This document shows positions 15,241 to 24,159 of a stretch of 32,000 bases of DNA, in pieces. Each line of letters starts with the position of its first letter. Within the stretch, counting starts at the first letter, position 1. Source of the DNA: an uncultured Chloroflexia bacterium (GTDB taxonomy: Bacteria; Chloroflexota; Ktedonobacteria; Ktedonobacterales; JADMIN01); the NCBI GenBank assembly GCA_963718915.1, contig CAVRAI010000004.1, positions 90,001 to 122,000 on the forward strand. The letters run 5' to 3'. The notes beneath the pieces were generated by a model. That model had not been told where the DNA came from. It did no database searches and worked only from the letters and a program-made list of their open reading frames with translations. The position numbers and the translations under genes are program-made.

Positions 15241-15273
15241 GCGGCTCGTGGCGCGCGGCTCGTGGCGCGCGGC
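15241..15273. repeat. 14-bp tandem repeat (GCGGCTCGTGGCGC, ~2.4 copies)
   Basis: Read directly. Confidence 0.9.
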
Positions 15274-15432
15274 AGGCTCAAGCCCTGCGGCTCATCCTGG
15301 CCCTCCAGTCTCCAGTCTATTTTTACCCGGCTGGGCAGAGACGATGGCTCTGGGATTAGCTGCGGCCTTATGCTGTTTACCGTATTGTTCAAGGAATCGG
15401 TGCGGCGTGTCGGCATCTGGTGAGTCCGCGCA

Positions 15433-15499
15433 GGCGGACTTCGTGGCGGAGCGTGCGCAGCAGGCGAGGCCGTTCAGGCGCGGTTTTAACCGCCCGCGC
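15433..15499 (+). repeat. REP-like repeat, family 2, copy 3 (longest)
   Basis: GGCGGACTTCGTGGCGGAGCGTGCGCAGCAGGCGAGGCCGTTCAGGCGCGGTTTTAACCGCCCGCGC. Confidence 0.8.
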
Positions 15500-15549
15500 A
15501 TCGATTGCGGCGCGCGGCAAAGCCGCGCCGATGGGCGCTCTGAGGCAAA

Positions 15550-16248
15550 TCATTGATGAGTTAGCGTGCCCGGCTTCTCCGCGACGACAAGATAGGCCTC
15601 CCAGAAAGGCCCGCGCACACACTGGGGCTTGCCCACCAGACCAGCGGCATCTAGCGGCAACGATGAGGTCTGAGAAGCGACCGCACAACCACGCCCCGAT
15701 GACGGAGCCGACGGCCCATAGACCAGCCGGGCCAGCCCGACCAGCGGCAGCAGGACCACGCGCGTCGGCAGCAGGCCCGCGCCCATCACCACCACCAGCC
15801 GCCCGCCGGGACGCAACACCCGCGCGACCTCACGGAGCGAGGCAGGTTCATAGATGTACTCTGTGGGGAAGGTGCTGACGACGGTATCGAAGCTCTCGCC
15901 GAGAAACGGCAGATGCTGCACATCACCTTGCGAGATGGGAGTGTCGGAGAGGCCCTGGCGCTTCAGTTCGTCTCTGGCGGCGTCCACCATCTGCGGCGAG
16001 CGGTCCACCGCGGCGCAGGTGTAGCCCGCGCGCACCATATCGGCCAGCAGCTTGCCTGGCCCGCAGCCAATCTCAAGCACGCGCGCCCCCCGGATGCGTG
16101 GCAACGCCAGCCGTTGCCAGACGCGCCACTGCCCGGCGAATGGCACGGTGCTGGCGAACCAGTAGAGATAGCGGTTGCGGTAGAGCAGGCCGAACATTTC
16201 GCGGAGGATGCGCATACGCAGGCTGACACGCGGACTTTTCGTCGCCAC
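15550..16248 (-). CDS. Class I SAM-dependent methyltransferase
   Basis: VLEIGCGPGKLL (motif I), AVDRSPQMV, FDTVVSTF, LRPGGRLVV. Strong AAGGAGG SD 5 nt before GTG 16248. The longer ORF-track N-terminus lies in repeat DNA. Confidence 0.85.
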   Translation of the reverse strand: MATKSPRVSLRMRILREMFGLLYRNRYLYWFASTVPFAGQWRVWQRLALPRIRGARVLEIGCGPGKLLADMVRAGYTCAAVDRSPQMVDAARDELKRQGLSDTPISQGDVQHLPFLGESFDTVVSTFPTEYIYEPASLREVARVLRPGGRLVVVMGAGLLPTRVVLLPLVGLARLVYGPSAPSSGRGCAVASQTSSLPLDAAGLVGKPQCVRGPFWEAYLVVAEKPGTLTHQ

Positions 16249-16297
16249 AGCAGCCTCCTTCGTCGCGAGAGCGATAGATGGCGATTGCGCCAACTGG

Positions 16298-16467
16298 CTG
16301 GCGGCTGAAGCCGCGCCTAAGCGCCTCACCTGACGGCTCGGCGGCAAAGGCCGCCTACGCGGCCTCTCCCCAGATAGACCTTCACCGACGCGCATTCTGG
16401 AGCCTGCGCAGGCAGGCTTTGCGGACGCAGCGGAGCGGAGGCCCCTAGGCGCGGCTTCAGCCGCCAG
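16298..16467. repeat. 22-bp perfect inverted repeat (family 2 related), arms 126 bp apart
   Basis: CTGGCGGCTGAAGCCGCGCCTA (16298-16319) versus TAGGCGCGGCTTCAGCCGCCAG (16446-16467). An internal hairpin GGCGGC-AAAG-GCCGCC is present. Confidence 0.9.
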
Positions 16468-16541
16468 CGCTTGCGATGCCCATATAAGGCAACAGCCCCG
16501 GAGCAAGCGCGAGACTCACCCCAGGGCTGCATGGACCACGA

Positions 16542-17213
16542 CTAGCTTGTCAGCGCCGCAGTCTCACTTGGCGTCAGAATCTCGTCCACAATGCCATACT
16601 TGAGGGCGTCCTCCGCCTTCATGTAGAAATTGCGGTCAGAGTCCTGCTTGATGCGGTCCATCGACTGGCCAGTATGCTTGACCAGAATGTTGTAGAGCGC
16701 GTCGCGCAGGCGGATGATCTCGCGTGCGGTAATCTCGATATCCGTCGCCTGCCCCTCGGCGCCACCGAGTGGCTGGTGGATAAGGATGGTGGAGTTGGGC
16801 AGCGCGAACCGCTTGCCCTTGGAGCCAGCGGCCAGCAGCACCGCGCCCATGCTCATCGCCATGCCCATGCAGACAGTCGAGACGTCGCACTTGAGGTGCT
16901 GGAAGGTGTCGTAGATCGCCAGCCCCGCGTAGATGCTGCCACCAGGGCTGTTGATGTAGATGCTGATATCTTTGGTGGCGTCTTCGCTGGAGAGGAAGAG
17001 CAACTGCGCCACGACCAGATTTGCTACGTGGTCGTCAATCGGTGTGCCGATAAAGATGATGCGTTCCTTCAGGAGACGCGAGTAGATATCCATGCCTCGC
17101 TCACCGCGCGGTGTCTGCTCGATGACGTTTGGTACCAGCAGATCGTTTGGGGTGGCGATAGGGCCTACACCTGCCTGCCAGCGGAGAGCGTAGGGATCAA
17201 ATCGAGATGCCAT
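16542..17213 (-). CDS. clpP: ATP-dependent Clp protease proteolytic subunit
   Basis: [14 protein letters not shown]...[17 protein letters not shown]...[16 protein letters not shown]...[16 protein letters not shown] before ATG 17213. Confidence 0.95.
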   Translation of the reverse strand: MASRFDPYALRWQAGVGPIATPNDLLVPNVIEQTPRGERGMDIYSRLLKERIIFIGTPIDDHVANLVVAQLLFLSSEDATKDISIYINSPGGSIYAGLAIYDTFQHLKCDVSTVCMGMAMSMGAVLLAAGSKGKRFALPNSTILIHQPLGGAEGQATDIEITAREIIRLRDALYNILVKHTGQSMDRIKQDSDRNFYMKAEDALKYGIVDEILTPSETAALTS

Positions 17214-17441
17214 GTGAAGCTCCCTGATACAAGCGACCGAGGTCGCCAGGTAAAGATCAGCGCAGAGCCGACCTCCATGGTAGTACGCCGATGGCGAGCC
17301 GCCTGCCCGGTATGAGCCGTGCGATCCAGCGGCGCAGCCCTCTGAGCGCCAGCCATGATAGCACAGCATAGCACATCGCACAGGCACTCTGCCAAGTGCC
17401 GCCTCCTACACTTATGTTGAGTAAATTGGCGAAAAACAGGC

Positions 17442-17470
17442 TGGACAAATCAACACAAATCAACTATAAC
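17442..17470 (+). promoter_or_regulatory. Putative citrate synthase promoter
   Basis: TGGACA (17442-47), 17-nt spacer, TATAAC (17465-70). The spacer contains AAATCAAC twice. Confidence 0.4.
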
Positions 17471-17614
17471 GTAGCATAGGAGCCGTAGCCTCGTCGCTTG
17501 TGCGCGCTACTGGCGCCGAGTGTGCCTTCCGTGCCGGAGGCCAGGGTGCTTCCGGCGTTATGGCGTTATGTAGTGGCTTTCTCAGTGGCTTTCCAGGAGC
17601 TAAAGGAGACAACG

Positions 17615-18760
17615 ATGTCCTCTGTAACCACGTCCAACTCCAGCGCAGCGCCGAAGGGTCTTGACGGCGTGGTGGTCGCCTCAACCGCCATCAGCCATGT
17701 CTTTGGCAACGAAGGGCGCCTCGTCTATCGCGGCTATGATATTGGTCAGCTAGCGGGCAAGGCTACCTTCGAGGAGGTTTGTTTCCTGCTCTGGAAGGGT
17801 CACCTGCCGAATCAGGTTGAGCTGGATGCTCTGCGCGCGACGATGAGCGCCCAGCGCGCCCTCCCCGACGCCGTGCTGGCGACGATCAAGGCAATGCCCG
17901 CCTCCACCGATCCAATGGACGACCTGCGCACAGGCGCCTCGGCGATTGGCGCCGCGCTGCCCATCAGTGGGACGGCGACCTTCGAGCAGGCGCTCGCGCT
18001 CGCCGCGCGCTTCCCCACGATTGTCGCCGCCTTCGACCGACTGCGTAAGGGCAAGGAGCCTATCGCGCCCCGCGACGACCTCGGCCACGCCGCGAACTAC
18101 CTCTATATGTTGACCGGCGAGATTCCGCCGGAGAATCACGTCAAGAGCCTCGATACCTATCTGGTGCTGCTGGCCGACCATTCCATGAACGCCTCGACCT
18201 TCACCGCGCGGGTGATCGCCTCGACCGAGTCGGACATCTGCTCCGCCATCGTCGGCGGCATTGGCGCGCTCAAGGGGCCGCTGCATGGTGGCGCGCCCGC
18301 GCTGGTGATGGACATGCTCGACGCGATTGGCACAGTAGGTAACATCAAGCCGTGGATCGACCAGGCGCTCGACGGCCATCACAAGTTGATGGGCTTCGGC
18401 CACCGCGTCTATAAGACGACCGACCCGCGCGCCGAGATTCTGCGCGCGATGGCGCATCAATCCTCCACGCCAGAGTTCTTCGCACTGGCAAGGGGAACCG
18501 AGGAGTATGCGCTTGCCGAGTTGCACCGCCGCAAGTCGGACCAGAAGCTCTACACCAATGTCGAATTCTACTCCGCCGCCGTCCTCAGTTCGGTGGGGCT
18601 GGACCGCGACCTCTTCCCCTCCACCTTCGCCATCAGCCGCGTCGCCGGATGGACGGCGCACGTGTTAGAGCAGATGGTCGGCAATCGCCTGATCCGTCCC
18701 CAATCCGAATACGTTGGCCCAGAAGGGCTGAAGTTCGCGCCCGTAAGCGAGCGACCATAA
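17615..18760 (+). CDS. gltA: Citrate synthase
   Basis: GLDGVVVASTAIS...LVYRGYDI...LLADHSMNASTF...GPLHGGA...MGFGHRVYKTTDPR. AAAGGAGA SD before ATG 17615. Confidence 0.95.
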   Translation: MSSVTTSNSSAAPKGLDGVVVASTAISHVFGNEGRLVYRGYDIGQLAGKATFEEVCFLLWKGHLPNQVELDALRATMSAQRALPDAVLATIKAMPASTDPMDDLRTGASAIGAALPISGTATFEQALALAARFPTIVAAFDRLRKGKEPIAPRDDLGHAANYLYMLTGEIPPENHVKSLDTYLVLLADHSMNASTFTARVIASTESDICSAIVGGIGALKGPLHGGAPALVMDMLDAIGTVGNIKPWIDQALDGHHKLMGFGHRVYKTTDPRAEILRAMAHQSSTPEFFALARGTEEYALAELHRRKSDQKLYTNVEFYSAAVLSSVGLDRDLFPSTFAISRVAGWTAHVLEQMVGNRLIRPQSEYVGPEGLKFAPVSERP

Positions 18761-18786
18761 CTTTAGCGCAGATGAAGCGCCTCTTG

Positions 18787-18825
18787 CTCCCCTCTCCTTG
18801 TGGGAGAGGGGCTAGGGGTGAGGTC
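18787..18825 (+). repeat. GC-rich hairpin repeat, family 1, copy C
   Basis: CTCCCCTCTCC-TTGTG-GGAGAGGGGCTAGGGGTGAGGTC, between the convergent citrate synthase and histidine kinase genes. Confidence 0.85.
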
Positions 18826-18832
18826 AGCCGCA

Positions 18833-20530
18833 TTACGCCATCAGCGGCAGCCGGATGGTGAACACGGTGCCGACGTTTAGCTGACTCTGCACGCGAATCT
18901 CGCCGCCATGCGCGCGCACGATGGCACGGGCAATCGCCAGCCCCAGCCCGGAGCCACTCGACGCGACGGCGGGCGTATTCTGGTCGGGCGCTGGGGGGAT
19001 GGTGGCGCCGAAGTCAGCGGACTGGTGTTGCGCCGCGCGTGCCGCGACCACCCGCCGCTTGCGTTCGGCGCGCTCGCCGCGATAGAAGCGGTCGAAGATA
19101 TGCGTAAGATCTTCTGGCGCGATGCCCCGCCCGTTGTCCTCGATGGCGATGAACGCCTCATCCGCGTTACGGCCCACCCGCAGATGCACCCAGCCCTCAG
19201 GCGCGGGTCGTCCGTACTTGAGCGCATTATCCAGCAGCGCCAGCAGAACCTGCTTGAGCCGGTCGTGATCGCCGCGAACCATGAGCGGGCCGTGCCCATC
19301 CGTCTGGAGCGTGACGGAACGCTCGCCTGCCAGAATGCGCGCCTGGTCCACCGCCTCGCCCGCCAGCGCGACAATATCGACCGGTTCACGCTGCACCGGA
19401 CGGCCAATATCCAGCCGCGCCAGCGTCAGCAGATCGTTGAGCAGCCGCGACATGCGGTCGGCCTCATTGCGCGCCGCCTGGAGCGAGGAGCGCGCCGTCG
19501 CCGGATCGTCAATCGCGCCCATGTTCAGCAGGTCGAGATACCCACGGATGGCGGTCAGGGGTGTGCGCAGTTCGTGCGAGGCGTCGGCAATGAACATGCG
19601 CATGCGTTCCTCGGACGCCTGCTGCGCGGTGAAAGCCTGTTCGATGCGCTCGGCCATCTCATCGAACGAGTTGGCGAGTTGGCCGATTTCGTCGGTGCGC
19701 GCGGGTAAGCCGACGCGATAGCTGAGATCGCCGCTGGCAATGCGCTTCGACGCGCGCGAAATCCGGGTGAGGGGTCGCAACAGCCGTCCAATCAACGGGC
19801 TGCCGATCAGAATGCCCACCAGCAGCGCAGCGATGAACGTCCCCAGCAGCAGCAGCCGGACAATGCCGAGGACCGTGCGCGACCGTGGGAACGATGTGAT
19901 GACTTCGACGATGCCGACGTCAGTCCCGCGCGAATCGGCGCAGAATGACGTGGTGGGATAGCGCACCGCCAGCAGATCAACACCCAACTGTCCGCTCTGT
20001 GCGGTATAGGCGACATCGGCGAGATAGCCGGTGCCCGTGTTCTGCGTCGACCGGACACGCGCGATCAACTGGGCGCTACGCAGGCGCGTCACGTTCGGGC
20101 CGAGGTCGTCCACACCACTGCCATCGGATGAGGCGACTACGACGCCGCGTTTGTCGAGCAGATAGACGTTTTCGATGCCGGGGAACCGCATCAGTGGATC
20201 TGCTATCGCCTGTTGAAAGCCTTCCTGATAGCTGACGGCATTGGCGCATTGATCGGCGGGTTGCCCGCGGACGAGGGTATCCCATGCCTGCTGGCTCGTG
20301 CCGACAACCGCGCGCGCCTCGGTCTGGAACGCGGTCAGCTCATTGGAGTAGAGCACGCGGCCAATGACCAGATTCAACACCAATCCCAGGCCAAGCAGAA
20401 TCACGGCGAGCAGTCCGGCGTAGACGAAGATGAGCCGCCAGCGCAGGCTGTGAAACCAGCCTGATCGGCGCGCGCTCGGCGGGCGTGGCGGCTGGGAAAT
20501 CTGCGCGACTGAGTGCGTCTGGAGTGACAT
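18833..20530 (-). CDS. Sensor histidine kinase (2 TM, HAMP, HisKA, HATPase_c)
   Basis: [19 protein letters not shown] (H box), DNALKY (N), EDNGRGI (D), FDRFYR (F), [13 protein letters not shown] (G2). About 41 aa are inserted between the F and G2 boxes. Confidence 0.92.
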   Translation of the reverse strand: MSLQTHSVAQISQPPRPPSARRSGWFHSLRWRLIFVYAGLLAVILLGLGLVLNLVIGRVLYSNELTAFQTEARAVVGTSQQAWDTLVRGQPADQCANAVSYQEGFQQAIADPLMRFPGIENVYLLDKRGVVVASSDGSGVDDLGPNVTRLRSAQLIARVRSTQNTGTGYLADVAYTAQSGQLGVDLLAVRYPTTSFCADSRGTDVGIVEVITSFPRSRTVLGIVRLLLLGTFIAALLVGILIGSPLIGRLLRPLTRISRASKRIASGDLSYRVGLPARTDEIGQLANSFDEMAERIEQAFTAQQASEERMRMFIADASHELRTPLTAIRGYLDLLNMGAIDDPATARSSLQAARNEADRMSRLLNDLLTLARLDIGRPVQREPVDIVALAGEAVDQARILAGERSVTLQTDGHGPLMVRGDHDRLKQVLLALLDNALKYGRPAPEGWVHLRVGRNADEAFIAIEDNGRGIAPEDLTHIFDRFYRGERAERKRRVVAARAAQHQSADFGATIPPAPDQNTPAVASSGSGLGLAIARAIVRAHGGEIRVQSQLNVGTVFTIRLPLMA

Positions 20531-20539
20531 GGTCTGCCG

Positions 20540-21280
20540 TTAACCCTTCAGCACGTAGCCGATGCCTCGCACCGTCTGGATGAAGCGTGGCGCGCTCGGT
20601 TCGTCTTCGATTTTCTCGCGCAGGTAGCGGACGTAGACCTCGATGATATTGGTCTCACCCATGAAGTCGTAGCCCCAGATGCGATTGAGGATGGTCTGGC
20701 GGTCAAGCACCTGGCGGGGGTGGGTCATAAAGAGATGGAGCAGGTTGAATTCAGTCGCCGTCAATTCGATGATCCGTCCGTCGCGCTTCACCTCGTGCGC
20801 GGCCTCATCCAGCGTGAGGTCGTTGATCGTGAGCACGCGCCCACCGGGTCCGCCCGCGTCGACGACACGCTGCTGGCGGCGGAGCAACGCCCGCACTCGC
20901 GCCACCAGTTCTGCCAGATTAAAGGGCTTGGTCACGTAGTCGTCGGCGCCGATTTCCAGCCCCTGGACGCGATCCTTCACATCGTCCTTCGCGGTCAGCA
21001 TCAGAATAGGGATGTTGGTCGTGGCCTGGTTCTCCCGCAGCCTGCGGCACACCTCGAAGCCATCGAGGTCGGGCAGCATCACGTCGAGAATGACGAGATC
21101 GGGCCGGAGCCGCTGCGCCATATCCAGCGCCTGATAACCCTCGGTGGCGCAACTGACCAGGAATCCCGCGTGCTCCATGCCGAGCCGGATGACATTGGTA
21201 ATCGCCATTTCATCGTCAATCACGAGCAGGCGTTGCGCCTGTTGGCTATCCGCGTGACCCGAAGGTTGCTGCTGGTTCAT
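20540..21280 (-). CDS. OmpR/PhoB-family response regulator
   Basis: LLVIDDE...DLVILDVMLPDLDGFEV...MLTAKD receiver domain. Winged helix: LTATEFNLLHLFM...VYVRYLREKIE...IQTVRGIGYVLK. Confidence 0.95.
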   Translation of the reverse strand: MNQQQPSGHADSQQAQRLLVIDDEMAITNVIRLGMEHAGFLVSCATEGYQALDMAQRLRPDLVILDVMLPDLDGFEVCRRLRENQATTNIPILMLTAKDDVKDRVQGLEIGADDYVTKPFNLAELVARVRALLRRQQRVVDAGGPGGRVLTINDLTLDEAAHEVKRDGRIIELTATEFNLLHLFMTHPRQVLDRQTILNRIWGYDFMGETNIIEVYVRYLREKIEDEPSAPRFIQTVRGIGYVLKG

Positions 21281-21357
21281 TCCTGCTCCCCGCCCTATCA
21301 GGAGACTGCCATCGCTGCCAGTGTCGCCAGCCGACTACATACAGCTATCGCACGCGC

Positions 21358-21387
21358 ATTATAGGCGCAGCGCCGTGTTGCTCACAA
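21358..21387 (-). promoter_or_regulatory. Putative promoter of the RR-HK operon
   Basis: Minus strand TTGTGA (21387-82), 18-nt spacer, TATAAT (21363-58). Confidence 0.35.
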
Positions 21388-21746
21388 GGCGGCATAGGCA
21401 TAGTGGCGTAACTCTCAGCGTATGTTAAGGCTGCGACGGACGTCTTGTATGCACTGAAGTACCGGATGAGCGACTTTTCCTTCTCTCAATCGCTTTAATA
21501 GTTGAAGGCATGATGCACAGGGTGCGATTTTCCCCAAGCGCTCGTGGTTATTTTTTGCGAAGCGGCATACCCGGCGGCTTATTAGAGCCTGCTGGATCGT
21601 CCTTATTCTGAACTGTTCCTGACGCGCGTACAGATATTGGCGTCAGGCAGCCATCGCACCCAGCTGTGTAGACCGTGCCAGTGCGTGAACCCTTGGCGAC
21701 GAGCAGACGAAGAGACGACGCGGAAACGAGAAGGGTGGCGACGACA

Positions 21747-22214
21747 ATGGCAAGCGTGGCACAGGCGGAAGGTGAGCAGACCGTTTCACACCGGTCGGCG
21801 ATGTATGTGACGCAGCCTCCGGCAGGCAGCGTCCGTAGTTGTATGCCGTATCGTGACGAGTTGCTGCGTCATCGCGTCATCACGGCGGATGGGCATGATT
21901 TCGCGGTGGCGACACACATGCGGCCGGGTGGCAAAGGCTATATCACCGGCGCGTATCCGGTGCAGCATGGCTATCTGGTGATGGTGCGCCAGCCGCTCTG
22001 CGAACTGCGTAGCGCCGATGAGGATGCGGCGCGGAACGAGCACGAGCAACTGGTGCAGGTGCTGGCCGAGGCGGGCATCGGTGTGGTGCGGGCGCGCCGG
22101 GCACTGGCAGCACGCCAGCGCGCCGAAAAGGCGGAAATGCGCCGCGCCACTGTCACCCCGCAACTGACGCTGGTTCCCCCGCAACATATCGATCACGAGG
22201 CAATCGTTTTCTAG
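21747..22214 (+). CDS. Hypothetical protein
   Basis: ORF followed by a strong terminator. No motif recognised. Start ambiguous: GTG 21675, ATG 21747 or a later ATG. Confidence 0.5.
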   Translation: MASVAQAEGEQTVSHRSAMYVTQPPAGSVRSCMPYRDELLRHRVITADGHDFAVATHMRPGGKGYITGAYPVQHGYLVMVRQPLCELRSADEDAARNEHEQLVQVLAEAGIGVVRARRALAARQRAEKAEMRRATVTPQLTLVPPQHIDHEAIVF

Positions 22215-22244
22215 CGTAACCGCAGCCAACCAGAAACCACGAAT

Positions 22245-22280
22245 CCCCTCACTGCACTCACAGCGGCGAGGGGTTTTTTT
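22245..22280 (+). terminator. Rho-independent terminator
   Basis: CCCCTC...GAGGGG stem followed by TTTTTTT (22274-80). Confidence 0.75.
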
Positions 22281-22297
22281 GTCGCTATTTTTCGAGG

Positions 22298-23368
22298 TCA
22301 CGCAATGGTGACATCCTGGCAGAGATAGACATCCTGTATCGCGTGAAGCAGTTCAATTCCCTCGGCCAAGGGGCGCTGGAACACTTTGCGACCAGAGATA
22401 AGGCCCGCACCGCCAGCACGCTTGTTGATGACAGCGGTACGCACCGCCTCAGCCATATCGTTTGCGCCGCTCGATGCGCCACCGGAATTGATGAGGCTGA
22501 CGCGCCCCATATAACAGTTGGCTACTTGATAGCGCGTCAAATCTATTGGATGGCTGGTCGTAAGTTCGCTATACACGCGCTTGTCCGTCTTGCCGTACGG
22601 CGCATCCTTCGTATTGAGCGCCGGATAGCCCTCGTTCGTTTCGGGCAATTTCTGCTTGATGATATCCGCCTCGATAGTCACTCCCAGGTGATTGGCCTGT
22701 CCGGTCAGATCCGCTGCCGTGTGGTAGTCTACGCCGCCAACCTTGAAGGCGCTATTGCGCAGATAGCACCAGAGGACCGTAGCGAGACCGAGTTCATGGG
22801 CCATCGCAAACGCCTGAGCCACCTCCACGATCTGGCGGTGCGATTCAGCGGAGCCGAAGTAGATGGTTGCGCCAACCGCTACAGCGCCCAGGTCGCGCGT
22901 TTGTTTGATCGTGCCGAACATGATTTGGTCGTACGTGTTGGGATACGATAGGAACTCGTTATGATTGATCTTCACGATGAAGGGTATTTTATGGGCGTAC
23001 TTTCGCGCGACCGCGCCCAGGACGCCGTAGGTGGAGGCAACGGCGTTGCAGCCGCCTTCGATAGCAAGCTCAACGATGCGCTGCGGGTCGAAGTAAATGG
23101 GATTCGGCGCGAATGATGCGCCCGCCGAATGCTCGATGCCCTGGTCAATTGGCAGGATTGAGAGATACCCAGTGTTCGCCAGCCGCCCATTGCCGTAGAG
23201 CGTTTGGAGACTGCGTAGAACGGGTACGGGTCGATCCGAGTCGAGCCACACGCGGTCAACAAAATCGGGCCCGGGAAGATAGAGTTGTTCGCTGGAGATA
23301 GTCGTTGCCCTGTGCCCAAGCAACGAATCAGCCTCTTCGCCAAGTAGCTCGCGTATGCGTTCGATCAT
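22298..23368 (-). CDS. fbaB: Class I fructose-bisphosphate aldolase (FbaB/DhnA type)
   Basis: Nearly colinear with my memory of E. coli FbaB: [76 protein letters not shown]. Confidence 0.95.
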   Translation of the reverse strand: MIERIRELLGEEADSLLGHRATTISSEQLYLPGPDFVDRVWLDSDRPVPVLRSLQTLYGNGRLANTGYLSILPIDQGIEHSAGASFAPNPIYFDPQRIVELAIEGGCNAVASTYGVLGAVARKYAHKIPFIVKINHNEFLSYPNTYDQIMFGTIKQTRDLGAVAVGATIYFGSAESHRQIVEVAQAFAMAHELGLATVLWCYLRNSAFKVGGVDYHTAADLTGQANHLGVTIEADIIKQKLPETNEGYPALNTKDAPYGKTDKRVYSELTTSHPIDLTRYQVANCYMGRVSLINSGGASSGANDMAEAVRTAVINKRAGGAGLISGRKVFQRPLAEGIELLHAIQDVYLCQDVTIA

Positions 23369-23556
23369 GCTTCAATCTCGCCAGCTTCCGCTTCAGCTAT
23401 CAGACGCTTCAAGAATTCTTTTGAGCGGGACGAACTGACCAGCTTGTCCCATTCACGCTGTTCGATCTCTTTGAGCACGATTTGCGCAATCTTGCGCTGC
23501 TCCTCGTCGGGAAGCTGCCCAAGAAGGTCAAGCGCCTCACGCAACTTGTCTACCAT
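23365..23556 (-). CDS. Small helical protein (63 aa), antitoxin-like/DUF2281-like pattern; function unknown
   Basis: [31 protein letters not shown]... Its stop overlaps the fbaB start (ATGA at 23365-23368). GC is lower than the neighbours. Confidence 0.5.
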   Translation of the reverse strand: MVDKLREALDLLGQLPDEEQRKIAQIVLKEIEQREWDKLVSSSRSKEFLKRLIAEAEAGEIEA

Positions 23557-23637
23557 AGTTTCGTTTTCCTCAAACTCGACGCCTGATTCACACTATACTA
23601 CGCTGCTTCATCCAATGGCATAGACAAGATTGCCCAG

Positions 23638-24111
23638 TTACGGCACAATGCTCCAGGTGGCGGGAAGCTCGTAGGGAAGCAGGCGGATGCTGAGGAACTT
23701 GCCATTGTGGAAGTTGATCTCGCCTGTGCGGCTCAGCGGCTCATACGTGTTCTCGATCTGCACGATGCGGCGCGAGGGGAGGTTAAAGAGGATGACACCC
23801 GCGCGCACAGGCCGCAGACTGGCTTCGAGCGTGATTGCGTCGAAGACACGGAACGGCGGCAAATCGCGTGGCGGTAACTCCGCGATCTGGTGGTGGATGG
23901 CGTCCAGCTGGTCGGGGAGATTGTGCTCGTCGAAGATGCTCAGCCCGCGCAGCACCATGGCGCGCAGTCCACGGTCGTAGCGCTGGGAGGCGGTGAGCAG
24001 GTCATCGAGCGTTGTTGGATTCTCGGCACAGGCAGCGGTCAGGGCGAGCGCAGCCGACGAGTGGGCGATGAAGCTGGCGGTTCCGGCGGAATCGATCACG
24101 GTCAGACGCAT
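23638..24111 (-). CDS. Hypothetical protein
   Basis: ORF with coding-like composition and no recognised motif. Start at ATG 24111 or TTG 24120. Confidence 0.55.
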   Translation of the reverse strand: MRLTVIDSAGTASFIAHSSAALALTAACAENPTTLDDLLTASQRYDRGLRAMVLRGLSIFDEHNLPDQLDAIHHQIAELPPRDLPPFRVFDAITLEASLRPVRAGVILFNLPSRRIVQIENTYEPLSRTGEINFHNGKFLSIRLLPYELPATWSIVP

Positions 24112-24159
24112 GACATCCAAAGGCAGACTCCAGATAGGTTCACAGTGAGCGGTTACGGG

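Larger units (their letters stand above)
15188..15550. repeat. 13-bp perfect direct repeats (CTCTGAGGCAAAT at 15188-15200 and 15538-15550) flanking a 337-bp repeat-rich insert
   Basis: Read directly. The first copy contains the GNAT stop codon. The second abuts the stop of the convergent methyltransferase gene. Confidence 0.6.

Noticed and set aside
17214-17441. Searched the clpP upstream region for CIRCE, CtsR or ClgR-type operators and a clear promoter.
   Set aside because: I found only a short GCGACC-GA-GGTCGC palindrome (17232-17245) and weak -10/-35 candidates. Nothing matches a known heat-shock operator as I remember them.
21618-21647. An 8-bp hairpin, CCTGACGC-14 nt-GCGTCAGG, upstream of the 21675/21747 ORF.
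   Set aside because: It has no U-tract and no clear promoter context. With the gene start itself ambiguous, I cannot assign a role.
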